Shown here: positions 1-8,937 of the stretch, piece after piece
Layout of the letters: each line of letters starts with the position of its first letter
Numbering within the stretch: the stretch's first letter is position 1
Source of the DNA: an uncultured Eubacteriales bacterium
GTDB lineage: Bacteria; Acidobacteriota; Aminicenantia; Aminicenantales; UBA8522
Length of the DNA stretch: 64,000 nt
Assembly (NCBI GenBank): GCA_964558915.1
Contig: CAZLFV010000001.1
Coordinates: forward strand, 76,835 to 140,834
Direction: 5' to 3'
The notes under the pieces: generated by a model
Database searches by the model: none
What the model saw: only the letters and a program-made list of their open reading frames with translations
Told to the model about the DNA's origin: nothing
Made by a program: the position numbers and the translations under genes

Positions 1-755
1 CGGGAAACATGGGCGTTTTTCTGGCGTTCGTCTCTGTGGGATTCCTGGCCCAGAAATTCAACTGGCGACTTTCGCTGTTCTTTTGGGCCGGCGTCTGCTT
101 GCTCACAGGCATGATGAGCTTTTTTTTGGTCAGGAAAATGTCCTTTCGGACGGATGACCTCGAGGCGTTGGACTTGTCGTCATGGGTTCAAACCGTGAAG
201 AAAATTCAAAGGTATGTGATCGGATTCCTATTCGGAGGAGCCTCGTGGAGCGTGACGGTCTATTTTGCCCCCTCGCTCCTGAATCATAAGTTCGGGATTC
301 CCATGGGAAAGACGGGACTTTATCTGGCCTTATGGATAGGAATAGGAACCGTGGTTACATATTGTTTTGGCCCTTTGAGCCGAATTTATGGCCGTTCAAA
401 GATCTATAAGGCAGGATTTCTGGGCGCCTCTCTGTCGCTTTTTTTGCTGGGAGCGGCAAGTAAGCCTTTTTGGGCGGTCCTGGGCCTGATCCTCTTCGGG
501 ACCTTTCTCTTTACGCTTTATCCCGCCTTGCAGTCCTATGTGGGCAACTCCGTGCCTTCGAAGAACCAACCCCAGGCGTTTAGCCTGGTCTCCAATCTTC
601 AGATGATATCGGGGGCAATTATTTCTCTTTTAGCCGGGATTCTCTCGGACAGGTTCGGCATCGCCTCCCCTTTTGTGGTCCTGGGAGTCCTGGGGATGGC
701 GGTCTCATTTCTTTGTATCGTTTCTCTTATTAAGACAAATTCTTTGGGAGCCTAA
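1..755 (+). CDS. MFS-type transporter, C-terminal part (5' end outside window)
   Basis: Frame is open to base 1. Multiple hydrophobic TM segments (e.g. LAFVSVGFLAQ, LILFGTFLFTLYPAL, ISLLAGILSD) and a major-facilitator-like loop pattern. Confidence 0.55.
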   Translation, partial: GNMGVFLAFVSVGFLAQKFNWRLSLFFWAGVCLLTGMMSFFLVRKMSFRTDDLEALDLSSWVQTVKKIQRYVIGFLFGGASWSVTVYFAPSLLNHKFGIPMGKTGLYLALWIGIGTVVTYCFGPLSRIYGRSKIYKAGFLGASLSLFLLGAASKPFWAVLGLILFGTFLFTLYPALQSYVGNSVPSKNQPQAFSLVSNLQMISGAIISLLAGILSDRFGIASPFVVLGVLGMAVSFLCIVSLIKTNSLGA

Positions 756-1009
756 AAAAACGCAGGTCCTGTTTTTTCCCTTGCTGACAAAGTTGACCTG
801 AGGGGCACGGGAATTTTAATTCCCCTGGCTCTCGTGTTGTCACCGTTGAGGTTGGGGAGAACGCTCCCGCCGGCGGGAAATTTCTGCTCTTAAAACAGCA
901 TTTCAGAGGTCAAGAAGTTAAGTTCATTCTGGCGACGTATAAACGCCGTCAATTGTCGCGGCGGGGCAATTGATGTAAGATACAGCGCGGAGCAGCGGCT
1001 TTGAGCAGG

Positions 1010-2008
1010 ATGGTCTATAAGAAGGGGCTCAAGGTTTTAAGGGCCACCATCGCTATCTCCTCTAACCGGAAAGACATCCTCCCTTCGTTGCCCTTTCCCC
1101 TAGGGGTTCAATCGCTGTTAACAGATTTCAAAGACGTTGAAGAGATCCCGTATTCTCCTCAGGCTGACGGCTCGATATCGATTCAGGATGTTCCAGAGGA
1201 AAGGCCGCGCTATCAGCTTTCTGGAACAAAAGTTGTCTTTAAAGGAGGGTTTGCCAAGCTCGCCCGGCGGGCTTCCGACCCGAGGTTCAGCTTTTGGGGA
1301 AACCAGGGTTTTCTCTACCGGTTCACGCTCTTCCTCCTCGAAAAAGAGCATCTGATCTATAGCCTCCATGCCTGCGCTCTTCACCAGGCCGAAAACAACA
1401 GGCTTTTCATCATCGCCGGTGGCGCCGGTAGCGGGAAAACGGTATTTCTGCTCAGCGGGCTTGAACAGGGTTTGACCCTTTTTTCGACAGAAACCGTGCA
1501 CTTCAAGAAAGAAGGGCGCAGGTTCCGCTGGTTTATGGGCTCACTCGTAGACAACGTTCGCGTCGGGACTCTCAGGCATCATTTTCCCCGCTTCCTCGAC
1601 TCCCTGTCTCTCAGCTCTGAGTGTGAATGGCAGGAAAAAGTCGCTGTCGACCTCTCCCGATACCGCTCGCCGCAGGAGAGCCTTGTCGACCCCGAAATCG
1701 TCATTCTTTTTCCAAGGATCGAAGAGGGCCGCGGTGTTTTGGTCCTCGGCCCGGTCCGAGACCCGAAGAAAACGGCCAAGGCTCTATTTGATAATATCTC
1801 TTTAAAGCGGTCCGAAACCTTCCTTCTCTACGACCGGCTCCCTGTGCTCGGCCTCGACCGGCCGGAGTTGGCGAAGGCTCGGCTGGAGTCGTCCCTTGGG
1901 CTCGCTGGTCACAAAAACACGGTTTTCTGTGCGACCGTCCTGGCCGGACCGCGGCAGTGCTGGGGCGGTCTTTTGGAGCCCGACTTCCAATTTCGAATAA
2001 GGAGATAA
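1010..2008 (+). CDS. HPr kinase C-domain-like P-loop protein (serine-kinase-like ATPase)
   Basis: Walker A GGAGSGKT preceded by LHACALHQAENNRLFIIAG and followed by LLSGLEQGLTLFSTE, matching the HprK pattern lHGvlv..G.SG.GKSE..L...G..LvaDD. The ORF track starts at TTG 1001. The ATG at 1010 with upstream GAGCAGG is the more likely start. Confidence 0.45.
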   Translation: MVYKKGLKVLRATIAISSNRKDILPSLPFPLGVQSLLTDFKDVEEIPYSPQADGSISIQDVPEERPRYQLSGTKVVFKGGFAKLARRASDPRFSFWGNQGFLYRFTLFLLEKEHLIYSLHACALHQAENNRLFIIAGGAGSGKTVFLLSGLEQGLTLFSTETVHFKKEGRRFRWFMGSLVDNVRVGTLRHHFPRFLDSLSLSSECEWQEKVAVDLSRYRSPQESLVDPEIVILFPRIEEGRGVLVLGPVRDPKKTAKALFDNISLKRSETFLLYDRLPVLGLDRPELAKARLESSLGLAGHKNTVFCATVLAGPRQCWGGLLEPDFQFRIRR

Positions 2009-2010
2009 TG

Positions 2011-2823
2011 ATGGCTGAAAAGGCATGGGAAGGAGCTTTCCGGATTCCCTGTCCGGGAAGAACCCGGAAGCTAAGACAGACGGGGCTGACGATGGTGATT
2101 GACAAAGGTCTGGGGCACCATGTCCTCAAAGACCTCATCGAGTGTGCCGGCGATTATATTGATTTCGTCAAACTGACGTTTGGGACATCGGCGTTTTATG
2201 ATAAAGACGTTCTCATGAAGAAAAATGCCCTGATCGCGTCCTCGGGGATCGAGGTGATGCCCGGAGGCACATTTTTCGAGGTAGCGGTATGGCAGAATTC
2301 TCTGGAGGCTTACTTGAAAAGAGCCCGACTTCTGGGTTTCACCGCCATTGAGATCTCGGATGGCACTATTCAGCTGGACAAGTCCGGAAGGAAACAGGCC
2401 ATCAAACGGGCAGCGGATCTGGGTTTTAAGGTCGTCACCGAAGTCGGGAAAAAAGACCCCGACGAGGCCCCTTCCCTGGAGGTCATCCATGAGCTCATCG
2501 CTGATGATCTTGCCCACGGCGCGTTAAAGGTCATCATCGAAGCCAGAGAAGCAGGCCGCGGAGTTGGGATCTTTGACCGAGAAGGCAAGACCAAAGAAAA
2601 CGAAATCGACCGCATCCTCTCCGGCGGCGCCGATGTCAATAACCTGATCTGGGAAGCTCCTCTCAAGAACCAGCAGCAGGACCTGATCCTCCGGTTCGGG
2701 TTGAACGTGAACTTGGGAAATATTCCGCCCGAAGAAGTGTTGGCTCTGGAAGCCCTGAGGCAGGGCCTCCGGGGTGATACCCTGAAGCAGGCCTATCTCG
2801 GGAGGAACCCGGCTAAATCTTGA
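2011..2823 (+). CDS. ComA-family (2R)-phospho-3-sulfolactate synthase-like protein
   Basis: TMVIDKGL...DYIDFVKLTFGTS...GFTAIEISDGT...KVVTEVGKK TIM-barrel motifs typical of PF02679. GGAG at 2001-2004 sits 6 nt before the ATG at 2011. An ATG at 2008 overlaps the upstream TAA (TAATG), so it is translationally coupled to the HprK-like gene. Confidence 0.6.
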   Translation: MAEKAWEGAFRIPCPGRTRKLRQTGLTMVIDKGLGHHVLKDLIECAGDYIDFVKLTFGTSAFYDKDVLMKKNALIASSGIEVMPGGTFFEVAVWQNSLEAYLKRARLLGFTAIEISDGTIQLDKSGRKQAIKRAADLGFKVVTEVGKKDPDEAPSLEVIHELIADDLAHGALKVIIEAREAGRGVGIFDREGKTKENEIDRILSGGADVNNLIWEAPLKNQQQDLILRFGLNVNLGNIPPEEVLALEALRQGLRGDTLKQAYLGRNPAKS

Positions 2824-5197
2824 AGAAGAGAAATCGCTTCTCTCGTTCCTCGAGGAGTTGAATCAAGACCGTGTGTTCTCCTTCAGGAACCTCGAAGCTG
2901 AAAGAATCGCCCACAAAGACTTGTTTGACCTGATTGTCCAGCAGGAATTGATATTTCCCGTGCTTCAAAAAATTAATCCGGACCTTTCTGAGTTTGAGGG
3001 ACTTAAACTCAAAGGAGGCCTCGTTTTCAGAATACAGAAAGTGCCTGAAAACAGCGCCTCCGTCGGCCCGGACTATCTCTTTCTCATTTTCGATCAGTTT
3101 GATTCTTGAGGGCCCCGCTTCGACTTGGTAATGCCTCCCCTGAATGGCGAGGCGGGAGACTTTCCCCTTCCCTTCCGGTTCGAGCATTCCGAAGCGAAAG
3201 CCTTCCCAAGGAGTAAAATCCAGATACTCTTCGAGACCAATCAAGGCGAGCAGAGAACTCCAGGTTCGGTATCTCTGGCCGCCCGCCTCGCCAGTTCTGG
3301 AATCAAAATATTCAGGACACAGCTGAAAGTTCTTCCAGTTGCGCAGGAAAAGGTCCGAGCTCTTTTTGGCGAATTCAGAAGCCACGGCGTCGAATTGATA
3401 GGCCTTGAGTCCTTGATAAACAAGATAGTTGGTCGGCGGCCAGATTGATCCCCTCCAGTCCTGTTGGTCTTTTGAGGAGGGATCGTCCCGCGAAATCGTG
3501 GGAAGAACATAATCGCCCCAGAATTCCTTGGGATTGAGCAGGCGCTTGATCATAAGTAAAGCCCTTTTCTGGTCGGGGATCCGGGCCAGGAGAGGATAGA
3601 AACTTGAGGCGGACTTTCGAGTCGAGAATCGGCCGTCCCAATGTCGGTCAAAATAGAATCCTTCTCGTTCATTCCAGAGCTTGTCGTTAATGAGCTCTCC
3701 CATCCGCTCGTATTCTTCAAGATAATCCGCATAGTCTTCTGGGATGTTAAGAATATGGGCGATCTGGGAAAGACAATAGGCATCCAGGGCATACAGGCAA
3801 TTCAGGTCCAGGCAATTCATGGTGAGTGTGTCCGTTTCTCGGTTGAAGGAAGCCTCCTGCCAGTTGGGGAGGTCGTTCTGCCCCGATTCCAATAGGGCTC
3901 TCGATTTTCCAGTGGCCTTTTCCTCCCAAGGGAACAATGCGCCGACGACGAACTCTTTATCCGAGCCCCATTCAAGCAGGCCATCACGGTTGCCGTCTCT
4001 GCGCGGCTGACCATTCTGCTTAGGGGTCGTCCAAAAAGAATGCCATTTTTTAAGACGGGGATAAGAAAAATTAAGCAAATTGAGGTCCCCGAGTTTTCCA
4101 AAGAGTTTCAGGACCACATAGCTGCCGATGGGAGGGTGAGAGCGGTCGGGCGTTCCGCCACGCTGGCTGCGCCAGTTGGGAATATTGCCGTTTGGATACT
4201 GGGTTTCCAGAATGGCCTTAACCGAGTCCTGGACGTGCCGCGCGCTTTCTACGGATAATTCAAGCGCACTCAGGAGTGAATCCCATGCGAAAATGGCCCA
4301 ATCGTCGGGCAGACTTGCGGAGTGGGGAACAACCCACGTCCGTCCCGCCGGCGCGTAAAGCAGCTGATGACCCGGTTGGTAGAGAATCATCCAGAAAACG
4401 GTGTTCGTGATGGCCTCGGACAGGCCCTTAAAAGGACCTTCAGTTTTCACCCTGCTATTGTTGTAGCGTTCTTCCTCCTCCTCGAGGAACGAGTCGATGG
4501 CATCCGCATTCTTATAACGATAAATGCGGTCGCTGACGGCCTTGGGGCTATCGCCAATTCCGGCGACAAAGTAAACTGAGTTTTCTTTGGCCATAGAAAA
4601 AACGAGGGAAACGTCCTTTCCCTCTGGTGCCGTTCCCGGCTCTCCCCTTCTGTCAGTCCAGAAAAGGTAATGGACTTTTCTGCTCCCTTCGCTTTCGCCC
4701 CGGACTTGGCCATCCGAAAGAAGCTGGTATTTCGCCCCAGCATTCCAGGGGAAATAATGCGCGATGTGAAGTTCCGCGTATATTGGGGCCCGGATGCGGC
4801 CGATGACGGTCTTTTCGTCCCGGCGAGACCACTCCAGCATCAGACTTTCCGAATTTTCGGCTGGCTTGATCAGGACAGGAGTGTCGTCTCCCTGTTTGAA
4901 AGGAAGACTCAGGTCGGCTTTGATCCGTGCATACTGATTGTCGGGAGAATGGGGACCGACCTCGGAGACGAGGAAAAAGAGGTCGTCCCCTTCAGCAATC
5001 TGGTTTTCTTTTTTCACTTTGACCGCAAAAGCAAATGCCACCTCCTTGCTGGGAGCAATCGCGAGCCCGAACCAATTCTTCCTGTCCAGGGCGCCAACAT
5101 AAACATCTTTCCAGGGATAAAAAATTTCGGCCTGAAGCAGGGACACTGTCCCCAGAAAAACAAAAAGAGCGGCGGATGGCAAGACCTGCTTTTTCAT
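2813..5197 (-). CDS. Secreted (alpha/alpha)6-barrel glycoside hydrolase, GH63/GH37-like (glucosidase/trehalase superfamily)
   Basis: Signal peptide MKKQVLPSAALFVFLGTVSLLQA. C-terminal half has six-hairpin glycosidase-like motifs (YPNGNIPNW, FWGDYVLPTISRDD, DWRGSIWPPTNYLVYQGL). The ORF track starts at GTG 5221; the ATG at 5197 was chosen. Confidence 0.5.
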   Translation of the reverse strand: MKKQVLPSAALFVFLGTVSLLQAEIFYPWKDVYVGALDRKNWFGLAIAPSKEVAFAFAVKVKKENQIAEGDDLFFLVSEVGPHSPDNQYARIKADLSLPFKQGDDTPVLIKPAENSESLMLEWSRRDEKTVIGRIRAPIYAELHIAHYFPWNAGAKYQLLSDGQVRGESEGSRKVHYLFWTDRRGEPGTAPEGKDVSLVFSMAKENSVYFVAGIGDSPKAVSDRIYRYKNADAIDSFLEEEEERYNNSRVKTEGPFKGLSEAITNTVFWMILYQPGHQLLYAPAGRTWVVPHSASLPDDWAIFAWDSLLSALELSVESARHVQDSVKAILETQYPNGNIPNWRSQRGGTPDRSHPPIGSYVVLKLFGKLGDLNLLNFSYPRLKKWHSFWTTPKQNGQPRRDGNRDGLLEWGSDKEFVVGALFPWEEKATGKSRALLESGQNDLPNWQEASFNRETDTLTMNCLDLNCLYALDAYCLSQIAHILNIPEDYADYLEEYERMGELINDKLWNEREGFYFDRHWDGRFSTRKSASSFYPLLARIPDQKRALLMIKRLLNPKEFWGDYVLPTISRDDPSSKDQQDWRGSIWPPTNYLVYQGLKAYQFDAVASEFAKKSSDLFLRNWKNFQLCPEYFDSRTGEAGGQRYRTWSSLLALIGLEEYLDFTPWEGFRFGMLEPEGKGKVSRLAIQGRHYQVEAGPSRIKLIENEKEIVRADGGAVFRHFLYSENEASFEFKSLKLRKVRINFLKHGKYQFLLDNQVKQVFVGDSFSFEVPEGEHTVLIQLLEEREKRFLFFKI

Positions 5198-5303
5198 GCC
5201 CTGATTATTTTTTATAACCACGGTTTCGTTCCTAATTTACGGCAAAACGGGAGATAAATCAACGCTGCTGGAGAGCGAGAATCATGCTTTGGTCCCGGAG
5301 AAC

Positions 5304-6335
5304 TTATGAATCCAGGCGGGTGAGTCCGTATTTTCGGGCCCAATTATACGCCCGAGCGAGTTCGCTTCGTGTAATCCTCCTTGCGATCTCCGGGTATTCC
5401 ATGGCCTTGTACTCCGGCCGGTACTGACCCATCAAATTGACGTAAGTCCCGGGCGAGAGATCCCGCGCGACAAACTTAATGAAATCCTCGGTCCCGGACA
5501 CGTTATTGGGCATGATGAGGTGCCTGAGCAGGACGCCCCTGACGGCGATTCCCTCGTCGTTGAGCTTGAGCTCTCCGACTTGGCGGTGCATTTCCTTGAT
5601 GGCCAGCTTGGCAAAATACGGATAATTATAGGCACCGGATGAATATTTTGCCGAGAAAATGGGTTGCATATACTTAAGGTCGGGAAGATAGATATCGACA
5701 GCACCGTCAAGGAGCTGGAGGGTTTCAACCGTCTCGTAGCCGGACGTGTTATATACAAGCGGAACCTTCAGCCCGAGCGGAATGGCCAGCTTGAGCGCTT
5801 TCATAATTCCCGGCAGGTAATGGGTAGGTGTTACAAGATTGATATTGTGGCAGCCGAAGCTCTGGACTTTGAGCATTGTTTCGGCCAGCTGGTTTTCTGA
5901 TATCTCCACTCCTTCTCCTTGTATGCTGATACTATAATTCTGGCAGAAGAGACATCTCAGGTTACAGTTGGAAAAGAAGATTGTGCCAGATCCGCCCTTC
6001 CCGACAAGCGGCCGTTCTTCGCCAAAATGTGGGAACGCGCTCGCTATTTTGACTCTAGCGGTCGCTTGGCAGACTCCGGTTTCGCCTTTAGCTCTATTGA
6101 CCCGGCAGTTCCTTGGGCAGAGGCGGCAGTCCTCGTAAAAAGCATAAAGCTTTTCGACGCGCTCGGAGAGAAGGCCTTTTCGCTCCAAATCGAGGAACCC
6201 GGGATAGTTCTTCCCGGCTCCGGCGCCTTCAAAATTGCTTTTTTTGGACCCCACTATGAATTGAGGTAGGCAGAAAGTTGAGCCGGCCATGATCAGAGAG
6301 CGGCTGAGAAAATGCCTCCGGGAGATTTGTTCCAT
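5304..6335 (-). CDS. Radical SAM enzyme of AmmeMemoRadiSam/PflX (COG1313) type with N-terminal twin-arginine (Tat) signal
   Basis: N-terminal SRRHFLS plus a hydrophobic h-region (Tat consensus S/T-RRxFLK). CRLCPRNC...GVC accessory Cys motif followed by the radical SAM CNLRCLFCQN (CxxxCxxC). The C-terminal domain is typical of PflX-like activases. Confidence 0.75.
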   Translation of the reverse strand: MEQISRRHFLSRSLIMAGSTFCLPQFIVGSKKSNFEGAGAGKNYPGFLDLERKGLLSERVEKLYAFYEDCRLCPRNCRVNRAKGETGVCQATARVKIASAFPHFGEERPLVGKGGSGTIFFSNCNLRCLFCQNYSISIQGEGVEISENQLAETMLKVQSFGCHNINLVTPTHYLPGIMKALKLAIPLGLKVPLVYNTSGYETVETLQLLDGAVDIYLPDLKYMQPIFSAKYSSGAYNYPYFAKLAIKEMHRQVGELKLNDEGIAVRGVLLRHLIMPNNVSGTEDFIKFVARDLSPGTYVNLMGQYRPEYKAMEYPEIARRITRSELARAYNWARKYGLTRLDS

Positions 6336-6454
6336 CTTTAACGCAGTCCTCGTATCCTTTTTACTAATAACGCATGAAGGCGAGACGTGTCAAATCTGCA
6401 AAAGATTGAGGTTTTGAGCACGGATAATATAAAATGTTCCACCGATAGAGAACC

Positions 6455-7654
6455 ATGACGCCGGTTGAGCTCAAACCCAGAGTGGCGGTGGTCAGGTGCC
6501 CCGATTATGATCCAGGCAATCTCTCTCCCAGCATCCGCAGATGTCTCGACCTCCTCGGCGGTCTGAAATCATTCCTGGGGTCGAGCCGCCAGGTTTTTGT
6601 CAAAGTCAACCTTCTCTCTCCCTTGGCTTCGGTGGAGAGGGCAATCTTCACCCATCCCGCTTTTGTTCAAGTAGTTCTGTGCCTGCTCAAGGATTATGAT
6701 ATCGACATTACCGTGGGCGATGATTTACCTTCTGGCCAGGAAGATATCTTCGTCCCCAGTGGCTATCGCCAAGTTTGTGCCGAGCTGGGGATCCGACTGG
6801 TGAACCTTAAAGAGACAGGATTTGTGGAAATCCCGGTTCGGGGAGAAGTCCTGGACAAATGCTATGTCGCCCGCCCGGTTCTTGAGGCCGACGCAATTAT
6901 CAACCTTCCCAAACTCAAAACTCATTCCTTTACTCTCTATACAGGAGCAGTGAAAAACATGTTCGGGGTCATGCCCCATGGATTGAGAATTGGTTGCCAC
7001 CGCCGCTTCGTCCGCAATGATGTCTTTTCGGAGATGCTGGTGGATCTATTTTCCTGCGTCCGTCCGCATTTAAGCGTTATGGACGCTGTCATCGGGCATG
7101 AAGGCGAGGGTCCTTCGGCAGGGTCTCCCAAGAATATCGGGCTTGTTCTCGCCTCCTCTGACGGAGTCGCTTTGGACGCGGCCGCAACCAGAATTGTCGG
7201 CTATGAACCCTTGCGGATCTACACAACCCATTATGCTCACGAACGGGGGCTGGGCGTGGGCGATATCGATGCTTTGGAAATTGCCGGAGACAAGCTTGAA
7301 GATGTCGAAGTCAAGGACTTTAAACATTCTGCCTTTGCCGTCAGCCTATTCAGGCGAAGACTGCCATCGTTCCTATATGCCTATATTCAGGGCCAACTGA
7401 GTTTGATTCCCGAGGTCATAAGTTCAAGGTGCACGGCCTGCTCAGAATGCGTGAACATTTGCCCCGCGCGAGCCATCAGTGTTCTTCAGGAAGCAGCCTG
7501 GATTGATGAGAAAAAATGCATCCACTGTCTGTGCTGCCATGAGATCTGCCGCTTCAGGGCTCTCCGGCTGAAGCAATTTCCCTTGGGCAGGTTGTTGAGG
7601 ACAGGGAGTGCGATTTATGGTCAGGCCGCTTCGGCGGTGCGGAGATTATTATGA
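6455..7654 (+). CDS. DUF362 domain protein with C-terminal 2x[4Fe-4S] ferredoxin domain
   Basis: PKLKTHSFTLYTGAVKNMFGVMP (DUF362-type core). C-terminal CTACSECVNICP and CIHCLCCHEICR ferredoxin motifs. Confidence 0.6.
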   Translation: MTPVELKPRVAVVRCPDYDPGNLSPSIRRCLDLLGGLKSFLGSSRQVFVKVNLLSPLASVERAIFTHPAFVQVVLCLLKDYDIDITVGDDLPSGQEDIFVPSGYRQVCAELGIRLVNLKETGFVEIPVRGEVLDKCYVARPVLEADAIINLPKLKTHSFTLYTGAVKNMFGVMPHGLRIGCHRRFVRNDVFSEMLVDLFSCVRPHLSVMDAVIGHEGEGPSAGSPKNIGLVLASSDGVALDAAATRIVGYEPLRIYTTHYAHERGLGVGDIDALEIAGDKLEDVEVKDFKHSAFAVSLFRRRLPSFLYAYIQGQLSLIPEVISSRCTACSECVNICPARAISVLQEAAWIDEKKCIHCLCCHEICRFRALRLKQFPLGRLLRTGSAIYGQAASAVRRLL

Positions 7655-7736
7655 ATTTATAGATCCATTTGATATTTTTGAGTGAGTGCATTTCCTGCCG
7701 AGCTGTGATACATTAAGAGCTGCCGGAGGCTCGAAA

Positions 7737-8867
7737 ATGGATTTCAACCTTTATTTTAAGTCCCGCCAGGGAGAGATGGTCAACCTTCTGAAAAATATGG
7801 TTGTCCGGGAGTCTCCCTCTCAAGATAAAAAAGCCGTCGATGCGTGTTCCTCTTTTGTGACAGGGGAATTGAGAAAGGTCGGCGCTAAAATCACCCGCTT
7901 CCCGCAGAAGCGGACTGGAGACCTCTATCTGGCTGAATATCCCGCCTCAGCTAAAGTGGCGAAAGAAGGCCAGGTTCTTCTTCTCACCCATATAGATACG
8001 GTCTGGCCCGTTGGTAAGATCGTGAAAATGCCGTTTTTCATCTCCGGGAGCAAGGTTTTTGGTCCGGGTGTTTTGGACATGAAAGCCGGACTGGTGATGG
8101 TGCTTTTCGCCCTCAAAGCTCTCCATCAGCTGGGTCTCCGGCCGGCCAGAAGGATTGCCCTGTTCATAAATTCTGCGGAGGAGATCGGAGCCGAAAGTTC
8201 TGAAGCTATGATCCTGCGGCTGGCCAAAAGATCGACCTATGTCCTCTGTCTGGAGCCCGCCCTTCCCGGCGGCGGCTTAAAAACGCAGCGCAAGGGCCGG
8301 CTTGTCGTCCGTGTTGACGTGAAAGGCAAAGCCGCTCATGCAGGCACCCCGGAAAAAGGGATCAATGCCGTCGACGAGTTGATGGCTCAGCTCCGCCGGC
8401 TTAAAAGGCTGGCAGTTAGTGGAGTGACGATGAACATTGGCCAGATTGGCGGCGGCGAAAAAGCCAACATTGTCGCTGAAAAGGCCTGGGCTGCACTGGA
8501 CTGGAGATTCTGGAATACCAGGCAGCTGGACAGGATTAAGAAAACGTCCAAACAGCTCCTGGCGACGGTCCCCGGCGCAAAAATCAAATGCTCCATGGAG
8601 AGCCTCACCCCGCCGATGGAAAAAACGAAGCCATCGGCCGAGCTCCTTGCCGAGGTGAGAAAAATCGCGTCGTCGTTGGATATCACCCTTGAAGACGGAA
8701 GAACAGGCGGCGGTTCGGATGCTTCCCTGGCCTCCAGCCTCGGAATCCCCACCTTGGACGGCCTGGGGCCGGATGGCGAAGGGATTCATGCCGAAAACGA
8801 GCATCTCCTGCTCCCCTCGCTCATTCAGAGGACGGCTTTGCTTACGGAGATCTTGCGACAGCTTTGA
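7737..8867 (+). CDS. M20 family metallohydrolase (ArgE/DapE/carboxypeptidase G2-like)
   Basis: LLTHIDTVWP...GPGVLDMKAG...NSAEEIG...CLEPAL...HAGTPEKGINA motifs. GGAGG 7 nt upstream of the ATG at 7737. Confidence 0.7.
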   Translation: MDFNLYFKSRQGEMVNLLKNMVVRESPSQDKKAVDACSSFVTGELRKVGAKITRFPQKRTGDLYLAEYPASAKVAKEGQVLLLTHIDTVWPVGKIVKMPFFISGSKVFGPGVLDMKAGLVMVLFALKALHQLGLRPARRIALFINSAEEIGAESSEAMILRLAKRSTYVLCLEPALPGGGLKTQRKGRLVVRVDVKGKAAHAGTPEKGINAVDELMAQLRRLKRLAVSGVTMNIGQIGGGEKANIVAEKAWAALDWRFWNTRQLDRIKKTSKQLLATVPGAKIKCSMESLTPPMEKTKPSAELLAEVRKIASSLDITLEDGRTGGGSDASLASSLGIPTLDGLGPDGEGIHAENEHLLLPSLIQRTALLTEILRQL

Positions 8868-8896
8868 TTGACTCTCGGGGCGAATTCTGTTAATTT
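8868..8896 (+). promoter_or_regulatory. Candidate sigma70 promoter for serC-like gene (TTGACT-17-TAATTT)
   Basis: TTGACT at 8868-8873 immediately after the M20 stop, a 17 nt spacer, TAATTT at 8891-8896, then a ~35 nt leader with a GGAGG SD. Confidence 0.35.
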
Positions 8897-8937
8897 AATT
8901 TCTCATATCATTTTCGTTTTCTTGAACGGAGGCATTC

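Noticed and set aside
1001-1009. ORF-track start codons at TTG/GTG shown as 'M' (1001, 5221, 10074, 19904, 49859, 54469)
   Set aside because: Downstream in-frame ATG or GTG codons with better RBS spacing and/or overlap coupling were preferred. Coordinates were adjusted accordingly.
1118-2138. Antisense or alternate-frame ORFs (1118..1501-, 1137..1355+, 1579..1779-, 1701..2138-, etc.) inside the HprK-like/ComA-like genes
   Set aside because: They are nested within longer ORFs that have recognisable protein motifs. This is typical of high-GC spurious frames.
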